Notes: a model not told the origin generated them from the sequence alone. A stretch of DNA of 63,639 nt, filler included, from an uncultured Ignavibacteriales bacterium (GCA_964611355.1; 5 parts of 5 records of this genome joined end to end with filler, not necessarily neighbours in it), one strand, 5' to 3'. Counted from the whole stretch's first letter, positions 10,686 through 21,050 are shown. A program made the numbers and translations.

Positions 10686-11070
10686 ACGAACCGGCATCAA
10701 TACCGTCCCTGGCGGCGTTTTTATTTTTCCCGCCAAAAATCGCTTAATATGTGGAACGGGCTTTCTTTTTCTCTATGACCATCTCCGGTCTTATCTCATC
10801 CGAGGGGGGAATTACGAAACGCGCGTTGGTCACGTATGACAGTATAACCCAACGCATATATCAAGCCTTTTTCGATACTGTTTTGTGAGACATCGCTACC
10901 ACGCTTATTATGAGATATGTCGTAACCGGCTCGAAACTCCAATGACGTCCGATCCAAAACAGCTTTTGGGTTACTTCCATATCCTTCAACGATATCATTG
11001 AAAGATTCTTTTCACTGGGGCAAATAACCTGCAGATCAAGAAATAGTCAATAAGATGAAAAAACCGCACA

Positions 11071-12537
11071 TCACGACTCCGATAAGCGTGATTGACCATC
11101 CGACATCACGCCTGCGGCGGGCCGGAAAAGACTGAATATCGGATTGACCGCCAATGATACCATCATGCCGATTGTCCCCGCCTGGGGGGACGGCATTCCT
11201 TCGATATATAATATCAGGCAGACGGCAAGGCCGAGTACGGATGAAGAGATTGCTCCGAATTTGTTCGCTCTCCTGCTGAACAAGCCCCAGATGAATGGAC
11301 CCAGAAATACCGAACCGATTGCTCCCCAGGAAATACCCAGCACGGCGACAATCGTGGCCGGTTTGAAATAGGCCATGATGACGGACAGGCATATAAAAAA
11401 GCCGCTCGATAATCTCATGAGCAACGTTAACCTCCTGTCGGAGACGTTCCTGTTTACGAATCCGGCGTACAGGTCCTTGGCGATCGACGAACTGGAGACC
11501 AGCACCAGCGCCGCAAGGGTTGACATGGAAGCCGACAGTATCAGAAGCAGCATTATAACCGACAGGGTTTCCGGAATCACGTTGGCCAGCAGTTCCGGCA
11601 TCAAGGCGTCAAAAACAGGTTTTCCGTTACTAAAAGCGTTGGGAGCGCTTTCAGGGGACAGGAAAAACCTGGTGGCCGCCCCGGTAAAGTAGGCGATGCC
11701 GCCGACCAGAACCGCGAAAGCGGTTGAAGCAACCATCCCGATTTTAATAGACCGTCTATCCTTAATCGCATAAAACTTCTGAACCAACTGCGGCATGGCA
11801 AAGGGCGCAACACTGGTGAGAAAAACTAGGCAAAAAAGAGGCCATGCTCCCGGCGGCCCGATCAACCCGGTCAGTTTGGGATTGATGGATGACAATTTTG
11901 CCGTCATGGCGGCAAAGCCGTCGGCTTTATCCATGACGCTCCACAGAAGAAGAAGAACTCCAACGCTCATTATCATTCCGAACACAACGTCGATCATCGT
12001 CATTGATTTATATCCGCCCAAAACAAGGTATATAGCGGTGAAGCCTCCCATAAAAACCAGGGCCAGGGTATAGTCGATATTGAAATTCGACCCGAATAAA
12101 TAGGACAAACCCATGAAAACGGCGGCAGAATACGGTACGAAGAACACGAAAATCGACACGGCGGCGAAAAATTTCAGGAACTTGCTGTCGTATCGTTTTT
12201 CAAAATATTCGGCCATGGTGTGGACATCGTATTCAACCGACATCCGCTTGATCCTGGGACCCAAAAGCCACCAGACGCCCAGAACACCGACAAGCGCATT
12301 TCCCGCGGCGATCCATAAACCGGAATACCCAAAGCCCCAGCCGACCTTTCCGGCAAAACCGATAAACAGCACTGCCGAAAAATAGGCGGTTCCGTAAGTG
12401 AAGGCCGTCATCCAGGGGCCGATGCTCCGACCGCCGAGAAAGAAATCCGAAAAGGAACGGGTCTTTCTCATGCCCATTATGCCGATGACGACTATCATCA
12501 GGGCAAACGCCGAAATAACAAGCATCTTTACCGGCAT
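11071..12537 (-). CDS. Sodium:solute symporter (PutP/PanF-like)
   Basis: DFFLGGRSIGPW, ASMST motif, about 13 hydrophobic segments, GGAGGAG RBS. Confidence 0.9.
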   Translation of the reverse strand: MPVKMLVISAFALMIVVIGIMGMRKTRSFSDFFLGGRSIGPWMTAFTYGTAYFSAVLFIGFAGKVGWGFGYSGLWIAAGNALVGVLGVWWLLGPRIKRMSVEYDVHTMAEYFEKRYDSKFLKFFAAVSIFVFFVPYSAAVFMGLSYLFGSNFNIDYTLALVFMGGFTAIYLVLGGYKSMTMIDVVFGMIMSVGVLLLLWSVMDKADGFAAMTAKLSSINPKLTGLIGPPGAWPLFCLVFLTSVAPFAMPQLVQKFYAIKDRRSIKIGMVASTAFAVLVGGIAYFTGAATRFFLSPESAPNAFSNGKPVFDALMPELLANVIPETLSVIMLLLILSASMSTLAALVLVSSSSIAKDLYAGFVNRNVSDRRLTLLMRLSSGFFICLSVIMAYFKPATIVAVLGISWGAIGSVFLGPFIWGLFSRRANKFGAISSSVLGLAVCLILYIEGMPSPQAGTIGMMVSLAVNPIFSLFRPAAGVMSDGQSRLSES

Positions 12538-12785
12538 TTTATTCTCCTCCCCGCCAGGAACTATAATTTCTCAAGATACGGTCACTCCATTTTATATATG
12601 GCATATTTGTGGAGTACACTAACCGTCCCGAAGGCTAAACGCAAGCGTTAAAAGATGCAATTCGAGGAAAAACGCTTGTCAGCGCCAAACGTATTTGATA
12701 TTTTGCGCGCTGATTAAAACCTTCCGGCGGTACGTGAATTATGCGACTGCAAGCGGGATTATACGGGGCGAAAGTATAAGGTGAA

Positions 12786-14048
12786 TTGAAAATGAGAACG
12801 TTGTTGTTGATCGTTTTCGCGTCGGTGTTCTTTAACGCGGCAACGCTGAGGGCGGAGCCGCAAAAAGGCAATATTCATCCAAAGGTCAGGATAGGCTTTT
12901 CGGAACGTTTCAGAATGGTAATCTGGGATAACGCCGTCGGTCTCGCCGATTCGGCCGCCGCCGGTAATGCTTTTACGCGGCATCGCACCGGTATTGCCGG
13001 GCAGTGGTTTCCCAACGGCCGGTTTGAATGCGCTCTGAAACTTACCAACGAATTCCGTTACTATTTTGTCCCCGAAAACCGGGAATTCAGCTTTGGCGAA
13101 ATCATTATCGACCAGTTGTATATTAAATGGAACAATTCGGCCGTCCTGCCCGGAACCCTGACTCTCGGCCGCCAGAATATTATCCTCGGCGAGGGTTTTA
13201 TCGTTATGGATGGCCATCCCCTCGACGGCTCCCGATCCGTTTACTTTAATGCTGCTCGTTTTGATTGGAAATTAAGCCAAAAAGATAAATTGATTCTGTT
13301 CTATGCCTATCAACCCGAGACCGATAACATACTGCCGGTTATTCATGATTGCGACGCGCCGTTGATTGAGCAACCGGAAGAAGGCATGGGCGCATACTTT
13401 ACGGGGAAGCTCAAGCGGACAAATCTTGATATTTATTTCATTCGCAAGAACATCAAAGACACCGATACTCGTCCAACCGAATCAAGCATCAATACTTTCG
13501 GCGCCCGAATCGTGCATCCGGCAGCGGAATATCTGACGGCCACCGCCGAAGGCGCTTATCAGTTTGGAAAATACGGCGACGCTGACAGGTCTGCGTTCGG
13601 CGGCTATTTTTATTTGACGTATAGAACCGATTGGACTTCATATCTCCCGAAGTCTTTCACCGCCGGAGCCGTTTGCCTTAGCGGAGACAATCCTTCCACG
13701 ACCCACCGGGAAGCCTGGGAACCGATATTTGGCCGCTGGCCAAAATGGAGCGAGTCTTATATCTACACCCTGGTACGGGAAAACGGCGTCGCCTATTGGA
13801 CCAACCTCATTTCTCTGTATGGAAAAGCCCGGTTTGTAATTTCGCCGGAGTTGAAGTTTGGCTTCGATTATCATCATCTTATGGCGTCCCGGGAACCCGT
13901 CGCCGACCGACCCTTTCCGGGCGGCAACGGAAAAACCCGCGGCAATCTATTCATCGGAAAATTGAGTTTCCAAATCAACAGCCGTATGACCGGATACCTG
14001 CTGTGGGAAAAATTTGAACCCGGCAGTTACTATTTCAATAATGCCGAC
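12786..14048 (+). CDS. Alginate-export (AlgE-like) outer-membrane beta-barrel, truncated by contig end
   Basis: Signal peptide; DQLY, LTLGRQ..ILGEG, DGSRS, SGD motifs; aromatic alternating strands. Confidence 0.75.
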
Positions 14049-14148
14049 NNNNNNNNNNNNNNNNNNNNNNNNNNNNNNNNNNNNNNNNNNNNTTAATTAA
14101 TTAANNNNNNNNNNNNNNNNNNNNNNNNNNNNNNNNNNNNNNNNNNNN
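14049..14148. other. Artificial contig linker
   Basis: N44-TTAATTAATTAA-N44 (stops in all frames). Confidence 0.97.
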
Positions 14149-14373
14149 TTCGCTGTCTGTCACTATAAAGTATTTGCCCAAAATGGTCAATCAAGATTTT
14201 TACCGCAAGGCGGCCATCGGCAATCATGAAAAAACTACGTTCCGGGAATATTGCCTATATAGTCAAACATTGTATTCGCAATAATCTGATTAAATATGGC
14301 AGCCTTAGTTATATATACAAATGTCCCAAGCCAAAAAAAATACATTCCAGCCTAATTTAAAGATAAATATTTA

Positions 14374-14391
14374 TTGTGAATCAATTCACAA
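14374..14391. promoter_or_regulatory. Rex (NADH/NAD+ sensor) operator overlapping the promoter
   Basis: Perfect TTGTGAA-TCAA-TTCACAA; TATATT -10 at 14396-14401. Confidence 0.85.
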
Positions 14392-14469
14392 GTTGTATAT
14401 TAGCGCTATTGCCAAAAAGGGCAAGGCGTCCCGATTTCAATTCTGAAACGGTACGGGGAAGGGTAAAAA

Positions 14470-15321
14470 ATGGCTGATAGTAACATTTCGAGGATTCTGG
14501 GAAAGTACGAAGGCGGTCAGGGAGGGCTTATCGCGATCCTTGAGGAGATTCAAGCGATATATAGTTATCTTCCCAGGGAGGCGCTGGAAACCGTGGCCGA
14601 GAAGACCGGGCGATCCTTAGTCGATATTTACGGCGTGGCTACGTTTTACGGGGCATTTAGCCTTAAGCCTCGCGGCAAGCATCTGGTATCGGCATGTCTG
14701 GGAACCGCCTGCCATGTACGTGGGGGTCCGGCCATTGTGGAACAGCTGGAACGACAGCTGGGCATCAAAGCCGGGGAAACCACACCCGACAGGGAATTCA
14801 CCCTGAAAACAGTAAATTGTCTTGGGGCATGCGCTCTTGGGCCGGTTGTTGTCGTGGATGGTCACTATTTCCCCAAAATGAAAACATCAATGATCAAGGA
14901 CATCCTTGATAGAGTCCGAGCCGGCATTGATGCGATAGAAATAGAAACCGATCAGCGGGTATTTCCAGTCGAGGTTAGTTGTTCGCACTGTAACCACAGC
15001 CTGATGGATCCGGAGTTCATCATTGATGGCCATCCCGCCATTCGAGTCACTATATCTTTTGGCAACAAGCACGGGTGGCTGGCCTTGTCAAGCCTGTATG
15101 GCAGTTACAATGTTGAGTCTTTACACGAAATACCCAAAGACACCGTCGTCAACATTTTTTGTCCTCATTGCCACGCCCAGCTTATCGGAGGAGCCAAATG
15201 CGCCGAGTGCGGGGCGCCAATGGTACCTATGATCGTCCGGGGAGGCGGTGTTGTGCAGATATGCTCGCGTCGCGGGTGTAAAGGGCATATGCTTGATTTG
15301 GGTGGGACTACAATTGACTGA
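14470..15321 (+). CDS. NuoE/HydC-like [2Fe-2S] subunit with a Cys-rich C-terminal extension
   Basis: VATFY, CLGTACHVRG, CLGACALGP; extra CxxC pairs after residue ~165. Confidence 0.9.
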   Translation: MADSNISRILGKYEGGQGGLIAILEEIQAIYSYLPREALETVAEKTGRSLVDIYGVATFYGAFSLKPRGKHLVSACLGTACHVRGGPAIVEQLERQLGIKAGETTPDREFTLKTVNCLGACALGPVVVVDGHYFPKMKTSMIKDILDRVRAGIDAIEIETDQRVFPVEVSCSHCNHSLMDPEFIIDGHPAIRVTISFGNKHGWLALSSLYGSYNVESLHEIPKDTVVNIFCPHCHAQLIGGAKCAECGAPMVPMIVRGGGVVQICSRRGCKGHMLDLGGTTID

Positions 15322-15358
15322 TGCTTGATCGAATGTCGTTAGTAAGGGAGATTGCTCC

Positions 15359-18300
15359 ATGAGGAAGCTTTCATCAGTTGACGAACTTGTTGATTTTCGT
15401 CAGCGCATACTGAGCGAGAAAGAAATACAGCATGAGATTACAACCCTGGTAGTGTGTGCCGGGACCGGCGGCCAGGCCAGCGGCGCAAACGATATAATCA
15501 GAATTATAAAGAGATACATTATCGAGAAAGACCTTCGGGAAAAAGTGGCTCTCAGGGTTACCGGCTGTCAGGGATTCTGTGAAATGGATCCTTTTATTCT
15601 TGTTCAGCCAGGTCGGCACCTGTATCCCCTGCTAAAAATGGAGGATGTGCCACGGGTGATTGAAGCGGCCGTGGGTGGATTTGTTGACGAAGGATTAATC
15701 TATAAAGATCCCCGCGAGCTGAAACGATATCATAATCAAAATGACATTCCGTTTTTTAAGAAACAAACACGGACCATTTTAGGCTGTAACGAGAGGCTCG
15801 ATCCAATAAGGATATTTGGATATATTGAGCAGCATGGCTATGCCGCTTTGGAGAAGGTTTTGTTGAAGCATGATCCGGAGTGGATTATCCGGGAGGTCAA
15901 GGATTCTGGTTTAAGGGGTCGGGGCGGCGCTGGATTTTCCACCGGGAAAAAATGGGAACTGGCTCGGGCCTCCGGCAACGGGAAAGGGCCGAAGTACGTT
16001 GTCTGCAATGCCGATGAAGGCGACCCCGGAGCCTACATGGATCGCAGCCTTCTGGAGGGCAATCCGCATGCCATCATTGAAGGGATGATAATTGCCGGTG
16101 TCGCCATCGGCGCCAACAAAGGTTTGATCTATGTCCGCAGTGAATACCCGCTGGCCATCAAGCACGCGCTGATTGGCCTGGGTCAGGCCCGGGAACTGGG
16201 TCTTTTGGGAGACAATATCCTTAACACCGGTATCAATTTCGATGTTGAGATCTTCCGCGGGGCCGGAGCGTTTGTATGCGGCGAGGAGACGGCTTTAATT
16301 AAATCGATCGAAGGTCTGAGGGGTGAGCCCAGGCAAAGACCGCCCTATCCCATCGAGAGAGGAATCGGCGGATATCCCACTTGCATCAATAATGTCGAAA
16401 CGCTTGCCAATATACCGGTAATTATTAACCGGGGGGCCAAAGAGTATGCCAAAGTGGGCGTACCCGGTAACACCGGAACAAAAATATTCTCACTGGTCGG
16501 GAAAATCAAGAACACCGGTCTGGTTGAGATTCCTTTGGGTATGAAAATCAGCGAAGTAGTCTACGACATCGGCGGCGGCCCGGTTGGTGATGCAAAGATT
16601 AAAGCTGTCCAAACAGGCGGACCATCCGGGGGTTGTATTCCGGCCCGTATGTTTGACCTGCCGATTGACTACGATAGTTTGACCAGGGCAGGATCGATTA
16701 TGGGATCAGGCGGCATGATCGTCATGGACGAAAACACCTGCATGGTTGATATCGCAAAATATTTCATGGGTTTTTTGAAAAGCGAATCGTGCGGCAAATG
16801 TTTTACGTGCCGCAAAGGTACGCAGCGCATGTATGAGATCCTTGACGATATCACCAAAGGCAAAGCCCGGATGGAGGATTTGGATTTATTAGAGGAATTG
16901 GCCCTCGTAGTTAAAGATACGACGATGTGCGGCCTGGGACAGACGGCACCAAACCCGATACTCAGCACCCTGCGCTACTTCAGGCATGAATATGAACGTC
17001 ATATAAAAGACAAACGGTGTGACGCTTTTGTATGCAAGGATTTGGTTGGCGCCCCGTGTCAGTCGGCCTGCCCGCTGGACACAGAGGCCTGGCGTTATGT
17101 GGCCCATATTGCTCGGGGCGAGTACGAGCAGGCTTATATGGTTATCCGTGAAGCCAATCCGTTACCGTCGGTATGCGGGCGTGTTTGCCATCATCCTTGT
17201 GAGTCCCGGTGCCGCGCGGGTACCAGCGGTGGCGATCCCATAGCCATTCGAGCCCTAAAACGATTTATTACCGATCGTGTTGATCCTTCAATATATAAAC
17301 CGAAGCGGCACTCCTGGCCTGGTGACGAGAGCCCGCGCGTGGCGATCATCGGGTCCGGTCCGGCCGGTCTTACCGCTGCTCATTACTTATCCCTGAAAGG
17401 TTGTAAGGTGACGGTCTTCGAGGCCGAAGACGAACCGGGAGGAATGCTCTATTGCGCCATTCCTTCTTATCGTTTGCCCAAAGAAGTAATCAGAAAAGAG
17501 ATAGATTCTCTCATTAACGAGAATATTACTCTTAAATGTAACACTGCTCTTGGGCGCGATATAACTATCGACAAGTTGTTTGAAGACGGCTATAAAGCGG
17601 TATTCTTGGCGCTTGGAGCGCATAAAAGCAAACCTCTTTGTCTTGAAAATGAGGATGTCGCCGGTGTTTATCCTTCCATTAAATTTCTTAAGTCATGCAA
17701 TATAAAAGGTGAACAACCTGCCAAAGGGAAGGTAGGCGTCATTGGCGGCGGCAACTCGGCAATTGATGCCGCGCGCGTGGCTATCCGTCAAAAAGATGTG
17801 GAAAGCGTGACTATTTTTTATCGGCGGACCAAAGATGAAATGCCTGCTTTTAGCGAGGAAATTGAAGCGGCTGACCAAGAAGGTATAAAGATTGAAACAT
17901 TGGTTGCTCCCATCAAGGTGATTGCCTCAGACGGGTGTCTTGAATCTCTTGAGTGTATCCGAAATGAACTTGGTGAGGTGGATTCCAGCGGACGACGCCG
18001 GCCCGTACCGGTAAAAGGCACCGAGCATATAATCGATCTCGATACTCTAATTGTGGCTATCGGTGAAGATTCCGGAATTGATGCCATTGCTCCGGCTCGT
18101 ATGAGTCGCATTGAAACGACCAAATGGAATACTGTTAAGATAGAGGAAGCTACTTTGCTCACTAATCGTCCCGGTGTTTTCGCGGGCGGCGATGTCGTGC
18201 GTGGGCCCAATACGGTGGTTGATGCTATTGCGGACGGGAAAAAGGCGGCCATGGTGATTGATCGCTATTTACGCAATGAACCGCTCGTGCAGAAAGCGGA

Positions 18301-18565
18301 ACCGATACTACCAAGCGTATATGTCAAACCGCCAGACGTGATTGGAGATGAAATGTTGTCGACTAATCGTATAGAGATACAGCGTGCTCCAGCAGAATGG
18401 CGCAAACGCAACTTTGTCGAAGTTGAAGTTTCTTTCTCTATTGATGAGGCAACTTTCGAAGCCAGGCGGTGCTTGCGCTGCGATCTGGAATTCACCCAGC
18501 CCAAAGAAGATGTATCAACAGAGGGGGAGACGATTAGTTCAGCGACCGAAGGAGAATCTGCATGA
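15359..18565 (+). CDS. NuoF/HydB-like NADH-FMN subunit fused to a GltD/NfnA-like FAD-NADPH oxidoreductase
   Basis: GLRGRGGAGF, NADEGDPGAYMDR, GAFVCGEET, ESCGKCFTCR, then PCQSACP, CGRVCHHPCESRC, GSGPAGL, GGGNSAIDAAR..YRR, AGGD, EARRCLRC. Confidence 0.93.
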   Translation: MRKLSSVDELVDFRQRILSEKEIQHEITTLVVCAGTGGQASGANDIIRIIKRYIIEKDLREKVALRVTGCQGFCEMDPFILVQPGRHLYPLLKMEDVPRVIEAAVGGFVDEGLIYKDPRELKRYHNQNDIPFFKKQTRTILGCNERLDPIRIFGYIEQHGYAALEKVLLKHDPEWIIREVKDSGLRGRGGAGFSTGKKWELARASGNGKGPKYVVCNADEGDPGAYMDRSLLEGNPHAIIEGMIIAGVAIGANKGLIYVRSEYPLAIKHALIGLGQARELGLLGDNILNTGINFDVEIFRGAGAFVCGEETALIKSIEGLRGEPRQRPPYPIERGIGGYPTCINNVETLANIPVIINRGAKEYAKVGVPGNTGTKIFSLVGKIKNTGLVEIPLGMKISEVVYDIGGGPVGDAKIKAVQTGGPSGGCIPARMFDLPIDYDSLTRAGSIMGSGGMIVMDENTCMVDIAKYFMGFLKSESCGKCFTCRKGTQRMYEILDDITKGKARMEDLDLLEELALVVKDTTMCGLGQTAPNPILSTLRYFRHEYERHIKDKRCDAFVCKDLVGAPCQSACPLDTEAWRYVAHIARGEYEQAYMVIREANPLPSVCGRVCHHPCESRCRAGTSGGDPIAIRALKRFITDRVDPSIYKPKRHSWPGDESPRVAIIGSGPAGLTAAHYLSLKGCKVTVFEAEDEPGGMLYCAIPSYRLPKEVIRKEIDSLINENITLKCNTALGRDITIDKLFEDGYKAVFLALGAHKSKPLCLENEDVAGVYPSIKFLKSCNIKGEQPAKGKVGVIGGGNSAIDAARVAIRQKDVESVTIFYRRTKDEMPAFSEEIEAADQEGIKIETLVAPIKVIASDGCLESLECIRNELGEVDSSGRRRPVPVKGTEHIIDLDTLIVAIGEDSGIDAIAPARMSRIETTKWNTVKIEEATLLTNRPGVFAGGDVVRGPNTVVDAIADGKKAAMVIDRYLRNEPLVQKAEPILPSVYVKPPDVIGDEMLSTNRIEIQRAPAEWRKRNFVEVEVSFSIDEATFEARRCLRCDLEFTQPKEDVSTEGETISSATEGESA

Positions 18566-19239
18566 TCAGACTTACAATAAATGGCCTTGAGGTATCGGTA
18601 GAGGATGGAACCACTCTGCTGGAGGCGGCCCGGTTTCTCGGTTTCCCCATCCCGACCCTGTGCCACGTGGACGGGTTGTCACCTTACGGCGCCTGCCGGC
18701 TCTGCGTGGTGGAGATAGGCGAACAACCAAAAAGCCGGTTGGTCTCATCGTGTACCTATCCGGCCGAGGAAGGCCTTAAGGTGCGTACGGCGTCGTCGCG
18801 CGTAATCAGGGCGCGTAAAATGATCCTGGAGCTTCTGCTGGCATCCTCCCCGCAGTCAAAGACCATCCAGGATCTCGCCGCCGCGTACGATGTGCGTCAG
18901 CAGCGATTCAAACAGGAATATGAGGATTGTATTCTGTGCGGCCTGTGTGTTCGGATGTGTAAAGAGCAGATGATGGCCGGGGCTATCGGCTTCCGCGGCC
19001 GAGGTGAAACCCGAAGTATCGGCACGCCGTTCGATATCAAGTCGGATGTCTGCCGACTGTGCGGAGGATGCATGTATATTTGTCCCGCCTGCCAGCTCAG
19101 GTGCACTTATACGGAGCCTGAAAAAGCGATCTGCGGCGCGTGTGCGAATATTAGCCCGCCATGCCTTGAGAAAGAAAAGTTTGACGATATGATGTGTTAT
19201 ATGGATCCCTGCGTTGCCTGCGAAATAAGAAAAGATTGA
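18562..19239 (+). CDS. NuoG/HydA N-terminal-like Fe-S subunit with no catalytic domain
   Basis: IPTLC..GACRLC..SSC [2Fe-2S]; CILCGLCVRMC and CRLCGGCMYICP [4Fe-4S]; ATGA overlap with the previous gene. Confidence 0.88.
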   Translation: MIRLTINGLEVSVEDGTTLLEAARFLGFPIPTLCHVDGLSPYGACRLCVVEIGEQPKSRLVSSCTYPAEEGLKVRTASSRVIRARKMILELLLASSPQSKTIQDLAAAYDVRQQRFKQEYEDCILCGLCVRMCKEQMMAGAIGFRGRGETRSIGTPFDIKSDVCRLCGGCMYICPACQLRCTYTEPEKAICGACANISPPCLEKEKFDDMMCYMDPCVACEIRKD

Positions 19240-19276
19240 GAAGTTTTGAATAAGTGAATAAGGAGGAATACCGATC

Positions 19277-20860
19277 ATGTCATACTCTCGAGTAAATGCC
19301 TCGGCTGCGACTCTTACGAAAAACAGAACCGAGGGTTCGATTGTTTCCGCTTCCGGCATGTGTGTTACCTGTGTGGACGGCTGTATCGGAATGTGCGAGA
19401 TCGGAAAATCCGCTTACCGCGGACACGAAGTAATCTATCCGCAGCCGTTCGGGGTTATCACGACAGCGGCCGAGAAAGTCTATCCTGTCGACTATTCGCA
19501 TTTCAGCATAATCAGCGGCGTAGTCGGCGCCAAAGGAATAGAAGCTGACAGCGATAAAGCTGTTTTTCCTAATGTCAATCTTGAAGTTGCCTTTGGTCAT
19601 GATAAAGGTTTGAAGTTTCGTTACCCCTGGATTATCCCCGGTATCGGCTCGACCGACATCGCAAAAAACAACTGGGAAGGACTGGCTATTGGCACGGCGC
19701 TGGCGGGTACCGGCCTGACCATCGGCGAAAATGTGGTCGGTATGGACACGGAGGCTGTCATTAAAAATGGCCGGGTGGTTGATACCGTTGACCTGAAGCG
19801 CCGGGTGAAGCTTTTCAAGGATCACCAGCGCGACGGGTATGGCGCGATTATCGTACAGGCCAACATTGAGGATACCCGCCTTGGCGTGCAGGAGTATGCT
19901 ATTGATAAACTCGGTGTCGAGTGGGTTGAACTCAAATGGGGCCAGGGAGCCAAAAATATAGGCGGCGAAGTCAAGATACGAAGCCTGGAAAAGGCTCAGA
20001 TGCTGTATAAGCGCGGTTACATAGTGCTTCCCAATCCCACTGATCCGGATGTAATCAAGGCCTTCGAACGCGGGGCGTTCAAAGAGTTCGAACGTCATTC
20101 GAGGGTCGGTATGGTTACTGAGGAATCGTTTGCCGCGAGAGTACAAGAGTTGCGTAATGCCGGGGCCAAATACATATCGCTTAAAACCGGCGCCTATCGT
20201 CCGGCTGCCCTGGCACAGGCCATGAAATACGCTTCCAAATATAAAATCGACGTCCTCACGGTTGACGGCGCGGGCGGCGGAACGGGCATGAGCCCCTGGC
20301 GGATGATGAACGAGTGGGGCGTGCCGCCGGTCGAATTGCACTCGCTTATGTATGAGTATGCCAAACGCCTGGCCGATCAGGGAGAACACGTTCCCGCACT
20401 GGTGCCGGCAGGAGGATTCACTTTTGAAGATCAGATATTCAAGGGCCTGGCGCTGGGCGCTCCGTTTGTGAAACTGATCGGTATGGCCCGCAGCCCGATT
20501 GCCGCGGCCATGGTCGGCAAAACTATCGGACGGACTATCGATGAACATCAATTGCCTGTCTACGTCGAACGTTTCGGAACAACCAAGGACGAGATATTTG
20601 TGACGGCCGCCGAATTGCGCAAGGAACTTGGCGACGAGGAGTTTGAAAAGGTCCCGACCGGCGCGCTCGGATTGTACACCTATTACGAACGCCTGGCCCA
20701 GGGCTTGCGCCAGCTTATGGCCGGAAGCCGTAAGTTCTCGCTGGAGTATATGACCCGTGACGACCTGACCGCTCTTACTCACGAGGCGGCTGACATCAGC
20801 GGCATCAGTTATGTGATGGATACGGACAAGGAAGAGGTTGATTCCATCCTCAAGGGTTAG
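19277..20860 (+). CDS. Stand-alone FMN-binding glutamate synthase domain protein
   Basis: ELKWGQGAK..GG, SLK, DGAGGGTG, GLALGA; N-terminal CxxCxxxCxxxC; AAGGAGG RBS. Confidence 0.88.
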   Translation: MSYSRVNASAATLTKNRTEGSIVSASGMCVTCVDGCIGMCEIGKSAYRGHEVIYPQPFGVITTAAEKVYPVDYSHFSIISGVVGAKGIEADSDKAVFPNVNLEVAFGHDKGLKFRYPWIIPGIGSTDIAKNNWEGLAIGTALAGTGLTIGENVVGMDTEAVIKNGRVVDTVDLKRRVKLFKDHQRDGYGAIIVQANIEDTRLGVQEYAIDKLGVEWVELKWGQGAKNIGGEVKIRSLEKAQMLYKRGYIVLPNPTDPDVIKAFERGAFKEFERHSRVGMVTEESFAARVQELRNAGAKYISLKTGAYRPAALAQAMKYASKYKIDVLTVDGAGGGTGMSPWRMMNEWGVPPVELHSLMYEYAKRLADQGEHVPALVPAGGFTFEDQIFKGLALGAPFVKLIGMARSPIAAAMVGKTIGRTIDEHQLPVYVERFGTTKDEIFVTAAELRKELGDEEFEKVPTGALGLYTYYERLAQGLRQLMAGSRKFSLEYMTRDDLTALTHEAADISGISYVMDTDKEEVDSILKG

Positions 20861-21050
20861 AGCCCCGCAAGGCAGAAATAACCGGAAATCAGATTTTCCG
20901 GCTATTTTGACAAAAGTAAGCGAAGGCCGGCTTGTTCAGAGTCGGCCGAGAAGTACGGCAAGCTTGGTAACTATGTCGTCGAAACCTGTGCCAGTCGGCG
21001 GGCGACCCGTTTACATTCCGCACTAAGATAAGCTTTTTACCATAATTGGA

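Noticed and set aside
10740..11060. Short minus-strand ORFs downstream of the symporter
   Set aside because: No recognisable similarity and weak initiation signals
14093..14104. TTAATTAATTAA palindrome recurring four times
   Set aside because: Embedded in N runs; an artificial linker, not biological
19280..20782. 500-aa minus-strand ORF
   Set aside because: Antisense shadow of the glutamate synthase FMN-domain gene; no recognisable motifs
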